Shown one piece after another: positions 19,169 through 31,496 of a stretch of 64,000 nt of DNA; position 1 is the first letter of the stretch; each line of letters starts with the position of its first letter. Position numbers and translations under genes: made by a program. The stretch is from positions 1,054,001 to 1,118,000 of the forward strand of contig CP120455.1 of NCBI GenBank assembly GCA_034226945.1, in the 5' to 3' direction. The stretch comes from Picochlorum sp. SENEW3 (Eukaryota). The notes below the pieces were generated by a model, which did not search any database, had not been told where the DNA came from, and saw only the letters and a list, made by a program, of their open reading frames with translations.

Positions 19169-21625
19169 ATGGAGAAGAGGAAGCCCATTCCGTCTTGGAA
19201 GCGGCTTCGGAGGGAAACATACCTCCTCCTCCTCCTCTTGCTAGCAACAGCTTTATCGACATTCATGTGGCTTGACCCTGTTGGTGATGTGGATCTATCG
19301 GGGTTGATGATGAGCTCCAATGATGTTCCAGAAGAAGAAGAAGGAGAGCCTGATATACTGTCTTTTGTGGATCCGTTCATTGGAACTGGGGGTCATGGGC
19401 ATACATTCCCTGGTGCAGCAGTGCCTTTTGGTATGGTACAAGTCAGTCCGGATAACGGTGTGAAAGCATTGGATTGGGCTTCTGGATATCATTATTCATC
19501 AAATAAAATCATTGGGTTTTCTCATACGCATCTTAGTGGGACGGGGATGCCTGATTTGATGGATGTATCGCTGATGCCATCATGTGTGATGGCAAATCAA
19601 AATGATGGATTACAGGAGGTGATTGAGGGGCTATTACTGAAGAAAACGAGTTTTAAAACGCCCGAACTGATGTCACAATATCCAAAAAAGTTTGACAGGG
19701 ATGCCTTTCAGTCGCTCATTGAGAACACCATGTCTCATGACAATGAACACGCGCAGCCTGGATACTATGCAGTCTTGCTGGATAAGCATGATATTCATGT
19801 CGAGCTTGCAGCCACCGAGGTGGCAGGAATGCATAAATATTCACAACATGATGGATCAGAGTGTGGTATACCTGTTGTATCTCTTGATGTATCGACCTGC
19901 TATTCTACAGGCACTCCAATAGAAGGCAGCATCAGAATTCTATCAGACCGCAGTGTTACTGGCAGTCGGAAAGTAAACGCATGGGCTTCTCATAGACAAA
20001 TCTTCTACCACATTATGTTTTCGAAACCATTTCTCGATGTGGCTATGTTACATGGCTCGGACTCGCTTCAATGGGATGGGTGTAACGGTGATGGATGCCA
20101 ATTGGCGTTCTTCTCATTTGACCACCTGGACGACTTGAAAATCATCGTAGGTCTCTCCACAGGAAGCGAAGCAGGCGCTCAAATGTCAGCTGAAGCAGCA
20201 TATGCACGTTTTGGGTTTGATCAAGAGAGTATGGTCAAAGCAGCGCAGGATACGTGGAGAAATACTATTGGCAGAATCCAGATACAAACTCAAAATCTCA
20301 CACAAAAGACAATCTTCTACACGGGCATGTATCACGCTCATTTGGCTCCTGTACTTCATTCTGATCTGAATGGATCTTTCTGGGGACCAGATTCTAGTTC
20401 TCATACGATACAGAATCACACGTATTATTCGACATTGTCACTATGGGATACCTTTCGAGCGCAGAATGCTCTCCTTTCTCTCTTGCAGCCACAACGCGCC
20501 AGAGACATTGCGTTGACCTTATTGACACATGCATCTCTTTTCAGGAACATTCTTCCAATATGGACAATGGGAGGAAAGGAAACAGATACCATGCCAGGGT
20601 ATCACGCAGTCTGCATACTAGCAGAGGCTCTGCAAAAAGGCTTGATGTCACTTGATGAAGCTCGCATGGCATTGGATGCAGCAGTTGCAACCTCGCGCAA
20701 ACAGACTGCAGCTCTCGAAGACTATGGGTACATTCCGTATGATATGGAGTATGAGTCTGCCAGCAAGACATTAGAATATGCGTATGATGATTGGTGTGTG
20801 TCCCAACTTGCCAAGGCTGTTGGCGACTCGGCGTTGGAAAACCAGTATGCCAACAGATCCATGTTTTACAAAAACATCTTTGACTCGAAAACAGGTTTCA
20901 TGCGACCGAGAAACAAACAAGGTGGATTCATGAAACGATTTGATCCTCAAAGATCAGAGCACGAGCTGGGACATTTCACAGAAGGGACAGGCTGGCAGTA
21001 CCTCTGGTTTGTCCTCCATGACATCCCAGGTCTCGCTACTCTCCTTGGAGGCCCTCGTGCCATGGAGGACAAATTAGATGAGTTTTTCTTCCCAAAAACC
21101 GCAGCATCTATTCATGGAAAGGATGTGTCCATGGACATCACAGGTATTTTAGGACGATATGCCCATGGCAATGAACCAGGCCATCACACTCTCTTCCTAT
21201 ACAATCTTCTCGGATCTCCAAGGAAAACACAGCATCTAGGGCATGTCATCACAAATTTATTTTATTCTACAGGACATGATGGGATCATAGGAAACGAGGA
21301 TTGTGGCCAAATGTCAGCATGGTTCATTTTCACATCCATGGGATTGTATCCTATCAATCCAGCAGACGGCAAATACCATATCACAAGCCCCCTCTTTGAC
21401 TCGGTCCGCATTCGTACATCTCCATTACACACCAGCAAAGATGTATACTTTACAATTCATGCTCCAGGAGCTGCTTCCAAGAATATGAAGTACATCAAGA
21501 GTGCAAGGCTCAACAATAAGCCTCTCTCCATGGAAGCAGGTTCATTCTTTCTGACACATGATGACCTTGTCCGAGGTGGCACACTGGATCTAGAGATGAT
21601 GCATGGCGATACTCCATTCTTCTGA
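19169..21625 (+). CDS. Glycoside hydrolase family 92 alpha-mannosidase with N-terminal membrane anchor
   Basis: VDPFIGTGGHGHTFPGA..PFGMVQVSPD, GFSHTHLSGTG, SLWDTFRA, SKTLEYAYDDW, FTEGTGWQY, YAHGNEPGHH and GNEDCGQMSAW; intronless. Confidence 0.95.
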   Translation: MEKRKPIPSWKRLRRETYLLLLLLLATALSTFMWLDPVGDVDLSGLMMSSNDVPEEEEGEPDILSFVDPFIGTGGHGHTFPGAAVPFGMVQVSPDNGVKALDWASGYHYSSNKIIGFSHTHLSGTGMPDLMDVSLMPSCVMANQNDGLQEVIEGLLLKKTSFKTPELMSQYPKKFDRDAFQSLIENTMSHDNEHAQPGYYAVLLDKHDIHVELAATEVAGMHKYSQHDGSECGIPVVSLDVSTCYSTGTPIEGSIRILSDRSVTGSRKVNAWASHRQIFYHIMFSKPFLDVAMLHGSDSLQWDGCNGDGCQLAFFSFDHLDDLKIIVGLSTGSEAGAQMSAEAAYARFGFDQESMVKAAQDTWRNTIGRIQIQTQNLTQKTIFYTGMYHAHLAPVLHSDLNGSFWGPDSSSHTIQNHTYYSTLSLWDTFRAQNALLSLLQPQRARDIALTLLTHASLFRNILPIWTMGGKETDTMPGYHAVCILAEALQKGLMSLDEARMALDAAVATSRKQTAALEDYGYIPYDMEYESASKTLEYAYDDWCVSQLAKAVGDSALENQYANRSMFYKNIFDSKTGFMRPRNKQGGFMKRFDPQRSEHELGHFTEGTGWQYLWFVLHDIPGLATLLGGPRAMEDKLDEFFFPKTAASIHGKDVSMDITGILGRYAHGNEPGHHTLFLYNLLGSPRKTQHLGHVITNLFYSTGHDGIIGNEDCGQMSAWFIFTSMGLYPINPADGKYHITSPLFDSVRIRTSPLHTSKDVYFTIHAPGAASKNMKYIKSARLNNKPLSMEAGSFFLTHDDLVRGGTLDLEMMHGDTPFF

Positions 21626-21936
21626 TGAACCCCCTTTGGGTTCTGAAACCAGAGAATGATGCATGCATTCAGTTTTCTTCTTGTTCTTTTTCTTTTAGAG
21701 AAGGAGAGATTCCAATCTTGATGGAATCTAACAGAATCGAATCAATACCTAAATCGTTTCAATGATATTCCTGTTCTCTGTACTTTATTTTTAATTAAAT
21801 TGTTTCTTAGAAACATTTCAGCGCCTGCAGAGGCCGGATAGTGTTGCGTGAGGATTTGAAATTCACAAAAGGCCAGTGACATATTTCTCCCTTCCTATCC
21901 GTGTATGATTGTTTCCATCCTCGATTGGAAAATCAT

Positions 21937-23853
21937 ATGAATTGCTTACAGGGACTCAAGGCGCCCAAAGTGCGGGTTGTTGATGCTGTTTGGTGTCGAC
22001 AGCAGCAGAGCCTGAAAGGCAAGGATGGACGAAAGCCACGGGTTTCTGTTGCCTGTTTTCCTCGGAATGAAGACTTTGACTTGGATGGGGATGATGATTG
22101 GGATCATTTCAGTGTGAGTGGAGCCAGTGTTGATGTCGTTGGAAGTTCAGATGCTGAAATTGATGTGTTTGGAGAGTCCACATCTGGAGATTTGCAATTC
22201 ACAAAGGAACAGAAGGAGATTAAGAATGGAGTCACATCGCTGGGTTTGGAGGGGAGCTTTGATATGGCATCGATGGAGTATGAGGAGTTGAAGGATCGGT
22301 GTAATCACGTGTTGGATCAACTGGGCTTGAATATGGCTGATGCTGGAATGGATACTAGTACAACGTATCCGCATGGCATGCCGCAGAGGGCTATATTTTG
22401 CTCGAGGACCCTGAATTTGAGATCTATTCAAGCGATAGGGTATGACATGGACTATACGCTCGTTCATTATGACGTGAATGCCTGGGAAGGACGGGCATAT
22501 GAATATGGTTTGAGTTCTCTTGGGAACATGGGATGTCCTATCAATGGATTGACGTTTGACCCGGATTTGGTGATTCGAGGGTTGATTATGGATACTCAGT
22601 TGGGAAATATAGTAAAGGTGGATCGGTTTGGGTTCGTGAAGCGTGCGATGCATGGGACCAAAATGATGACACCTGCAGAAGTTCGTTTCTCGTATGGAAG
22701 AGACTTGGTGAAGCTTGGGGATGAATCCAGATGGGTCTTTTTGAATACGCTGTTCTCTGTGTCAGAGGCTGTCATGTATGCTCAAATGGTTGATAGGTTG
22801 GATGAAGGGTTGATACCGTATTCTACATGTCCCCAGAGTTACGAAGCCCTGTATGGATTGGTCAAGCAGGCGGTCTTTAATGCGCATGTGGAAGGAAAAT
22901 TGAAAGCAGAGATTATGCAGAATCCTAAGAAATTCGTCAGGCCTGATCCTGATCTGCCTCAGACTTTGATCGATCAGCGTGCAGCTGGGAAGACGTTGAT
23001 GCTGATTACGAATTCAGATTTCCAGTATACGCAATGTGTCATGTCTCATGCGTTCAATGGACATCTCGAGCAAGGGACGAGTTGGGAAGATTTATTCGAT
23101 TATATCATTGTGAATGCTAGAAAACCAGACTTTTTTAGGTCGGATCAGAGTTTGTATGAGATTGTGACTGAGGATGGGTTGATGAGGCCTGTGCGCTCCA
23201 TGGGGAAGGGTGGACATAAGATGTACTGTGGTGGTTCGGCAAAGATTGTTCAGCAAGCTTTGGGCTTCTCGGGTGATGAAATATTGTATATCGGTGATCA
23301 TATATATACCGATGCTGCGCTTGCGAAACTGGAATTTAAATGGAGAACTTGCCTAATCTTGAGAGAGTTGGAAGCTGAAATTGTAGCCCTTGCAGGTGGA
23401 CGGGAGCACAGAAGGTTCTTAAAGAGTCTATTGGATAAAAAAGAGAGAGTTGGTTTTGCATTTAATCAGATACGTGTACATAGACAGCGCATTTTGAACA
23501 AAGGGCAGAGTTTAAGCAAGGAAATGTATGAAAAGGTGCAAGAATATAACCGAGTTTTGGCAGAGCTGTTGATTGTCATGCGGAACCTGGATGAAGATAT
23601 CGGTCCAGCGATCAGTACGGATGGAAATGCGTTTAATCCCCGTTGGGGATATCTCAGTAAAGCTGGTGTGAATGATAGATCGCAACTGCAGAAGCAGATT
23701 GAAAAGTATGCAGACATTTACACCTCACGCGTGAGCAATTTGCTTCAGTATTCTCCGTTTGTGTACTTCAGATCCCCAACGCAGTCGATGGCACATGATA
23801 GAAGAACAGTTGACCATCTTGTCATCGAGCGCATGAATTCAGACGATGATTGA
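21937..23853 (+). CDS. HAD-superfamily subfamily IG 5'-nucleotidase, likely plastid-targeted
   Basis: IFCSRTLNLRSIQAIGYDMDYTL, LITNS, ARKPDFF, ILYIGDHIYTD and KYADIYTSRVSN motifs. Confidence 0.93.
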   Translation: MNCLQGLKAPKVRVVDAVWCRQQQSLKGKDGRKPRVSVACFPRNEDFDLDGDDDWDHFSVSGASVDVVGSSDAEIDVFGESTSGDLQFTKEQKEIKNGVTSLGLEGSFDMASMEYEELKDRCNHVLDQLGLNMADAGMDTSTTYPHGMPQRAIFCSRTLNLRSIQAIGYDMDYTLVHYDVNAWEGRAYEYGLSSLGNMGCPINGLTFDPDLVIRGLIMDTQLGNIVKVDRFGFVKRAMHGTKMMTPAEVRFSYGRDLVKLGDESRWVFLNTLFSVSEAVMYAQMVDRLDEGLIPYSTCPQSYEALYGLVKQAVFNAHVEGKLKAEIMQNPKKFVRPDPDLPQTLIDQRAAGKTLMLITNSDFQYTQCVMSHAFNGHLEQGTSWEDLFDYIIVNARKPDFFRSDQSLYEIVTEDGLMRPVRSMGKGGHKMYCGGSAKIVQQALGFSGDEILYIGDHIYTDAALAKLEFKWRTCLILRELEAEIVALAGGREHRRFLKSLLDKKERVGFAFNQIRVHRQRILNKGQSLSKEMYEKVQEYNRVLAELLIVMRNLDEDIGPAISTDGNAFNPRWGYLSKAGVNDRSQLQKQIEKYADIYTSRVSNLLQYSPFVYFRSPTQSMAHDRRTVDHLVIERMNSDDD

Positions 23854-23861
23854 CTACATGA

Positions 23862-26800
23862 CTACTGAGACCATTCTGCTGGATCCCATCCATGGACTGC
23901 CCCCCAATCATATGCTTTCTGGAGCATCTCATCAAAGGTGTTTTCTCGCACGAGGGACTGGTGCATCCTATACAGTTTCAATGCAGCCACAGCATCTTCA
24001 ATCGAGTCATGGGTGTCGCCCTGAATGGAAGATTTCAAAAAGAATGATGACAAGAATTTCAAGCTTAGCCTTCGTCCTCGTCCAGAATAGTACAGGTCCA
24101 TCGTATCGATGATTTGATCCTGAGGAACAACAATATTAAGCATTTTGAAATCCTTTTTGAGACCATGGCCAACAAATAAGCAGCCAATATCGATCATGTA
24201 TCGTAGTTTGAGATATGCCTTCCTCAATGTTGTCAAATGCCTCTGTGAATGTTCCATGTCTAAATCTCCGGGCAACAGTCCACTGTAACGAGTCAAGTGA
24301 TCATACACTGGCTCTACAGAACGTATATAATCATCAATGCAAGGAGTACCAGCCAAAGGCCCATCGCCTCGCACGAGACTCACCCTTCCAAGACCCAAGC
24401 GAGATGTTCTCGACCAATCATCCTGTTCATTCAAGACCATTTTTTCCGGTGCCGAATATGCAACAAACTCGGCATCCAGAGCAAATATATCGCCTTTTTT
24501 CGGTAGATCAAGTTCGGTGAACGGCACAAATGTTTTCGGTAACAGATTTGCCTCGGCCACCTTTTGAATTGGGGGCTCATTGCACAATTCAATAAATCTA
24601 CTTTCTGAGAGCACACTGACAGCTGCAGGCAGCTCCTTCCCCTGAACATTCTTCAGATACGATACCTTTGTAAAGAACAAAAGCACTGGAACCTTCTGCG
24701 CATCAAAGGTTCGTCGAATCTCGTTGATGGCGCAGGGTGAAATGACAAAGTCATTGAATGTCATCCACGTGAAGCCCAAGTCGCCTGATTTCTCCAGGTT
24801 GTGAGAGGTATCATAATATGAGGGTACATTTATATGTGCTATTAAATGACCTTCGTATGATTTTCCCATCTCCTCAGCCTCGTCCTTATCGTAGACATAT
24901 GAAATGACTCCGGTTAAGAGGAACAGGTCACGATAATGGCCTTCCGGAACTGGACCAAGTTTCTTGCTCAACTCTTCCAAGGTATCCGCCTGTTCTACCG
25001 ATGTGGACCCAGCTACATGACTGAAGGTAATCGATATCGCCAAAGGAAACGAACCAATTGTGGAAAAGTCCCAAAATTTTGACAATCCTCTATCTTCAAC
25101 ACCTGTGTAAGCAATCAACACTGTTGGCAGCCTTGTTGGTGAACGCTCCTGCCTCACTGGCTGATATCTCACATTCTCATCAAACCACGCTTTCATTTCC
25201 GAAGACGTGTGTAACGATTTTTCCAAAATTGTCGAAAATTGTATCGAAAAGATCTCGACGTCACCCGGATATTTCAGCTCGAGCTGGAATGTGGAAATCT
25301 CTTGCTCCTTTGGAGCCAATTTGTGTGTAAGACATGTCGTCTTCTGTTTTTGTCGCAAGCAGAATATATCCTGAATACAATGTCTATCATCTGAAGCATT
25401 TTTGTTGTCAATTTCCTCCCTATCCATCCTCGTGATAATGAATCGACACAAGCGTTCTATCCTTCTGACAAGACTCTTGTCTTTTTGTGCCTCGACAGCA
25501 ATATCCACAGATCCTCTTTCCCCTTTCACGCCTTCCAAAAGACCTAGAGCGACAGCTTCTGAAGTCTGTCTCAGAGCCCTCAAAAGGTTTGACGCCTGCA
25601 CATATCATCACGATCAATCTACGTATCCATGATGCATCAAAAAAAATTCCAAACGCGTGTGACAGTACCTGACAAACCTCCCCTTGCGACGTTGACAGCA
25701 TATGAAACAGCAAAGAAACCTCGTCTAACAATGTGAACTCTTTATCCACCTCTGGAGCATGACCTAACGCAAAATCCCTCAATGGCCTGGTGAAGTACAA
25801 CACCTGAATCAATGCATTCATGTAACAATTTGCCAGACCATTCTCCAGACCTGAAAATGGAGTCGCATTATGAGCTTTAAAATCAAACTCTTCAAACCTA
25901 GTCCCTTTCTGCTGCCGAATAACAGTCCTTCTAAACTTTTTCGGAATTACAATACCACCTTCCTTCTCTCGCCTCGATGCCCTCTCATGGATGGCAGCCT
26001 CAGTCTCTTTTCCTGTCCGCCTGTGTTGGCTCCTTTTATTTCGTATACTATACACCCCCGCCGCTGATTTCCCTGGAGGGTTATTCTCATCGTATTTTGG
26101 GTTTTTAATATACGTGACAAAATCAGTAACTTTGCCAGAGGCCAACAACGAGGCATCAACAACTCTTGGAGGAAGCCCAACAGACATGACTTCATCCTGG
26201 CCAACAGACGATGCATAATATTCATCCAGACCGATCGGATATACGGGAGCCGTCGAAAAACTAGTATCTTCATCTATATATGGAACGATGCTCCTATCAA
26301 TAGGGTGCGCATATTCAGGAACAACCCCAGTTGCAACAACAGGCTCCACAGAAGCTGACCACAGGTGCACGTATCCATTCGTTCCTCCAAACACCATGCA
26401 GTCCCCACTTGCGCTAATATCACACGCAGCCAACATATCTCCTCTCATATCGATAAAATGAGTCTCCGTGGTGGTGCTGGTGACACCAGATGTATCCATC
26501 AGAGAAAACATGCCCTTTGCAGAACAAACCAAAAGTGTTGACCTGAGGGTGGGATGAAACTTTAGCGCAACTGGCCCTTCGTTGAAAGGCAATGTAGAAA
26601 CAGCTTTTAATCCCATGCGAGCATCAAATACCCGCACCACAGGCTCCAAGACTGGCCTGTCAGCACGTCCTCCATACCCAGCACTTGCAATTAGATTCCC
26701 CGCCGATTCAAGTGCTACAAAACCGTGCGCATACACTTTCGACTCTGAAACCAAACCATCCCCAGAGAATTTTCCTTTCCGTGGATCAAACACAGAGAGA

Positions 26801-27459
26801 TGGCCCTCTGGAGAAGCCAACGCCACCTGTCCACTACCCAACGGACCAGTCATTGCTACAACTCCATGCTGCGTCGAATACGACGCCCCTTCCCTTCCTC
26901 GAGTAACATCATACATGAATACACCTCCACCATGCCGACCCATCAGAACCTGATGATTCCAATGCTGATACATAAATCCACCTAGGTCACCAACCTGGTC
27001 CAAGTAACACATCCTCGATGCACCCCCAGACATGTGAATACTAAACTGTCCAGCACTTAAACTAGCCACGCCACCACCCAAGGATTCCATTTGAACAATA
27101 GACTCTTTCGAATGATCGCTTACACAGCTATAATACTCCATGGTTCGACAGATATGCTGAAACAGAGATCCATGATGACTTCCAGTCCACACAGCCTCCT
27201 CCGACACATCAAAACACATCGCAGATGTACCATCATATGAGTATCCATCATGTATACATGCCAGCCCGACTTCTCTCAACCTTCCATCATGCTCTGCCTG
27301 ATACAACTCTTGCCCACCAGGACCAGACCCATAATAGTTCTCGTACGAGTATCCCTCCGATGCGTCCGCACCATGTTCCGAGTAATAATATCCATCATCT
27401 TGATAATATTGCTCATACGCATCAGGGTGTTGAGGCGCACCACCAAATTGCTCTGCCAT
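23862..27459 (-). CDS. PAN2: PAN2 poly(A) deadenylase catalytic subunit (exons 27459-25669, 25595-23862)
   Basis: WD40-like N-terminus, pseudo-UCH domain (GLENGLANCYMNALIQVLYF) and DEDD exonuclease (ALDAEFV, FVGHGLKKDF, HDSIEDA). A 73-nt intron at 25668-25596 joins GEVCQ|ASNLLRAL. Confidence 0.95.
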
Positions 27460-27878
27460 GTCTGAGAAAATACATTAATGTTTCGTATTTCTTTGCAGGA
27501 CCGTGCTTATATCCATCTCCAATGCATTAAATGTACTACCAGAATTCCAATTATTTTTATTTATTACCGAGGTAATATCATCAACAAAAGACATGGGGAA
27601 ACCCAGTCTGGTGTCGATCTTCTTCTTTTTTAAAGACAAAACAAGGAAGTTTTCTTCTTTTCTCTGTTCTTCTTATGAAGAAGACGTTTTACGCGAGGAT
27701 ACTCCTGATTCATAATACGAATATTGGGTATCATATATAGACGGAGGGATTGGGGTGGTTGCCAAAGTCTTGCTTTTTTTCGAACAACAACAACCTCAGC
27801 AACGTTTCTGAGCAGCTGTTTTTCTACGCTACCGTTGTTTGGTTCGGTACAGCGACGATAGGCTGCTCTGGAGCAAGA

Positions 27879-28549
27879 ATGTCTGGTAATAATGGCTTTG
27901 ACTTTCCTGAATTTTGGGAGTATCCCCCGTACTACACCGTACAGCCGGTTGCAGAGACATTTCACAAACAGAAAGAGCTGTGGTGTGGTCTGATATTGAG
28001 ATATTGCAAGCATACGAGGACATTCATCATTGATGTCCATGATGAGGACCTTGCTCTTTTTCGGAACAAAAAGATTGATCGTACGTATATAGTCTTGTGT
28101 GCATGCATTGTGCTTGCTCAATTAATCTGTGGTCTGGATGTAGGGCATCTTGATCGAGGAGAGAAACGGGTCTTTTTGGACGCTCTTGTGGAGGACGGGA
28201 AAGCGATATGGGTGGATAAGAAAGATACATGTTTGATTTTGTGGAAGAGTGTGGATGAGTGGGCGGATTCGGTGTATTCCTGGTGTAAGAATATGGCCGA
28301 GTCTGTGATTCTTGTGGACGATTTGTGTGGGCATGATGGGGAAATGCAGGGTTCTGATATATCTGGGTTGCCCATGGCGCTTGTCGTTCCAGTTATCGCG
28401 TGTTTGGAAAAGTCTGGTCGGGCAAAGTACGTATTCATTGCTATTGTGTTGGGTCATATGTACGAAATGTATGGTTGCTGGAACAAGAACTTTGAATGTG
28501 CAGGAAATTCAAGAGTAAAACTGGAGAGGCTGGGCTCAAGATATTTTAA
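27879..28549 (+). CDS. VPS25: ESCRT-II subunit VPS25 (exons 27879-28080, 28144-28426, 28504-28549)
   Basis: FDFPEFWEYPPYYTVQP, LFRNKKIDR and LILWKSVDEWAD; splicing restores the C-terminus GRAKKFKSKTGEAGLKIF*. Confidence 0.92.
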
Positions 28550-28571
28550 ATTATTGCTACTGTATATATTA

Positions 28572-31439
28572 TTATTTCGCGACTATATTCAAAATTTTAT
28601 CCTGAATGAAAATAATCTTTTTAACCTCCTTTCCATCCAACTGCTTTGACACATTTGCAATGGTTGTTGCAAGTTCCATGGCATCATCCTGGGAGCATCC
28701 CTTTGGAACCTCGATTTTGCCTCTCACCTTGCCATTCACTTGGACTGGTAAATGAACAGAGGATTCTACCAAAAGTGATTCGTCGGCCTCTGGCCATGAT
28801 TCATACGCGAGACTGTCTGTGCCTCCCAGTGTCTCCCACATTTCTTCTGCCAAATGGGGCGCATATGGTGCCAACAGGAGAATGAATTGTTGCAGGATTG
28901 TCCGTGGGTAGGACTCCCACTTGTACGCGGCGTTCACAAACTCCATCATTGCTGCTATTCCTGTATTGAAGCGCATTTCTTCCGTCTCTTCAGACACCTT
29001 TTTAATAGTGGCATGAAGAGTCTTGAGTTGCTCTATGGTGGGGGCGTCATCTGTGATGTGGCTCATATCAGAGGAAGCACCATCCCCATCTGCTGGAGGG
29101 GCTGCTCCGCCGAATTTCACAAGCCTATAGACTCGTGCTAAAAATCTATGCACGCCTTCGACTCCTTTAGGATTCCACATCTTGGTTTCTCTGAGTGGTC
29201 CCATGAACATTTCATACAATCTGAGAGAGTCTGCTCCATACCCAAAGACAACATCATCTGGGTTGATCACATTACCCCTACTCTTACTCATTTTATGAGC
29301 TCGAGCTGTGACCGCAACAGAAGGATCTTTCTTCAACACATACCCTCCTCCTTTAGGCTCGACCTCGTCCTCTGTGAGTCTATGTGCCATGGCACCTTCT
29401 GTCCCTTCACTCACATAGGATCCATGTTCATCCGTGTACACTGTATACTCCAATTCACCCAAGATCATTCCCTGTGATACCAGTCTTTGGAATGGCTCTT
29501 TGGTTGATACCGCTCCAGTATCATACAGAACCTTGTGCCAGAAGCGAGCATACAATAAATGCAGTACTGCATGTTCTGCCCCACCAACATACAAATCCAC
29601 AGGCATCCAATACTGTTCAGCCTCTGGGCTCACAAGCCGTGCCGCATTCGTAGGATCAATATACCTCAAGTAATACCAACACGATCCAGCCCACTGAGGC
29701 ATGGTTGATGCCTCCCTGATCGCAGGTGCACCAGAGATTGGATCAATTGCCTTCATCCACTCTGTCTGCTTTGCAAGTGGTGGATCAGGTGTCCCACTCG
29801 GCGCAAAATCATTCGTGTCTGGTAATTTCAATGGAAGATCCGTCTCTGGAATACCTATGGGGTCATCAGATCCCTCCTTATATACAACAGGGAATGGCTC
29901 TCCCCAATATCTCTGACGAGCAAACAACCAGTCACGCAACTTGTAATTCACCTTTGGTCCTCCTGCGTTATTCTCCGCCAACCAAGCCGCAATAGCCTGC
30001 TTCGCATCATATGTCGTCTTTCCATTAATATCTAAAGATTCACAGGCAGACGACACAGCAACCCCATGCTCTGTAAAGGGCAACTCAGCCTCACGTGTTC
30101 CCTCTGGTTGAATCACTGCCCTCATTGGAAGATTATACACCTGCGCAAACTCGTAATCACGAGCGTCATGCGCTGGAACAGCCATCACAGCTCCAGTACC
30201 ATAACTTCCAAGAACATAATCCCCCACCCAAATAGGAATAGACTCCCCCGTCAACGGGTGAATCGCATATGCTCCAGTAAACACTCCAGACTTGGTCTTT
30301 GCCAATTCTGTCCTCTCCAAATCCGACTTCCTCGCAGCCGCCTCCACATAGTCCTTCACAGCAGAAGCACAGTCTTCCTTCACCACCTTCTCAACAAGCG
30401 GATGTTCCGGAGCAATCACCACATACGTGGCACCAAACAATGTATCAGCCCTGGTTGTATACACCTCCACACACGCATCCATACCATCCACAGCAAACTT
30501 GACCGTCGCACCCTCTGACCTCCCAATCCAATTCCTCTGCATATCTTTAATGGATTCGTCCCAATCCAACCCATCCAAATCCTCCAACAACCGATCCGCA
30601 TACTCGGTAATCTTCAACATCCACTGCTTCAATGGCATCCTCACCACAGGGTATCCCCCTCGCTCACTCTTCCCATCAATCACTTCCTCATTCGCCAACA
30701 CCGTCCCCAACTCTGGACACCAATTCACAGGAACCTCCGCCCGATACGCCAACCCTCTGTTCAACAACTGAAGAAAGATCCACTGCGTCCACTTGTAGTA
30801 CTCTGGATCACAGGTAGACACCTCCCTCTGCCAATCATAGGAAAATCCCAGCGACTGCAATTGCTCCCGAAACCGATCTATATTCGTATTCGTTGTCTCA
30901 GCAGGGTGTGTACCAGTCTGAATCGCATACTGCTCAGCAGGCAACCCAAACGCATCCCACCCCATGGGATGCAGCACATTAAATCCCTTCATCCGCTTAT
31001 ACCTCGCCATGATATCCGTCGCTGTATACCCCTCAGGATGCCCTACATGCAACCCAGCTCCACTTGGATACGGAAACATATCCAATGCGTAGAATTTAGG
31101 CTTGCTCGTATCCAAATCTTTGAACTCGGGCGTCCTAAATGTCTGCTTCTCCTCCCAATAGTCCCTCCATTTCTTCTCAATCGCCGTAAATGGATATGCA
31201 TTGCTTTGAGATGTTGCCTCCACCTCTGTCTCTGTTGCTGGAGACGACACTCGCGTCTTTTGTCGGTTCGGCTGCAGACTCGTCGACCACGAGAGCCCCA
31301 GACGCATCGATCGAGCATGCTCTCCCACACATTTTACATGTGTATAACATTGATGGCGTGAAAATAGACGGGACATGGCCCGATGATATGCAGAGCCCCC
31401 AGCAGTAGCACTACCACACACTGCTGTATGCTTTGACAT
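28572..31439 (-). CDS. Leucine--tRNA ligase, organellar (bacterial type)
   Basis: [46 protein letters not shown] and KMSKSRGN; N-terminal targeting peptide; first ATG at 31439. Confidence 0.96.
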   Translation of the reverse strand: MSKHTAVCGSATAGGSAYHRAMSRLFSRHQCYTHVKCVGEHARSMRLGLSWSTSLQPNRQKTRVSSPATETEVEATSQSNAYPFTAIEKKWRDYWEEKQTFRTPEFKDLDTSKPKFYALDMFPYPSGAGLHVGHPEGYTATDIMARYKRMKGFNVLHPMGWDAFGLPAEQYAIQTGTHPAETTNTNIDRFREQLQSLGFSYDWQREVSTCDPEYYKWTQWIFLQLLNRGLAYRAEVPVNWCPELGTVLANEEVIDGKSERGGYPVVRMPLKQWMLKITEYADRLLEDLDGLDWDESIKDMQRNWIGRSEGATVKFAVDGMDACVEVYTTRADTLFGATYVVIAPEHPLVEKVVKEDCASAVKDYVEAAARKSDLERTELAKTKSGVFTGAYAIHPLTGESIPIWVGDYVLGSYGTGAVMAVPAHDARDYEFAQVYNLPMRAVIQPEGTREAELPFTEHGVAVSSACESLDINGKTTYDAKQAIAAWLAENNAGGPKVNYKLRDWLFARQRYWGEPFPVVYKEGSDDPIGIPETDLPLKLPDTNDFAPSGTPDPPLAKQTEWMKAIDPISGAPAIREASTMPQWAGSCWYYLRYIDPTNAARLVSPEAEQYWMPVDLYVGGAEHAVLHLLYARFWHKVLYDTGAVSTKEPFQRLVSQGMILGELEYTVYTDEHGSYVSEGTEGAMAHRLTEDEVEPKGGGYVLKKDPSVAVTARAHKMSKSRGNVINPDDVVFGYGADSLRLYEMFMGPLRETKMWNPKGVEGVHRFLARVYRLVKFGGAAPPADGDGASSDMSHITDDAPTIEQLKTLHATIKKVSEETEEMRFNTGIAAMMEFVNAAYKWESYPRTILQQFILLLAPYAPHLAEEMWETLGGTDSLAYESWPEADESLLVESSVHLPVQVNGKVRGKIEVPKGCSQDDAMELATTIANVSKQLDGKEVKKIIFIQDKILNIVAK

Positions 31440-31496
31440 GACCACCCACAACACCAATCGTGTATTAAAAATCTAATAAATTAAAATAATTCTTCA

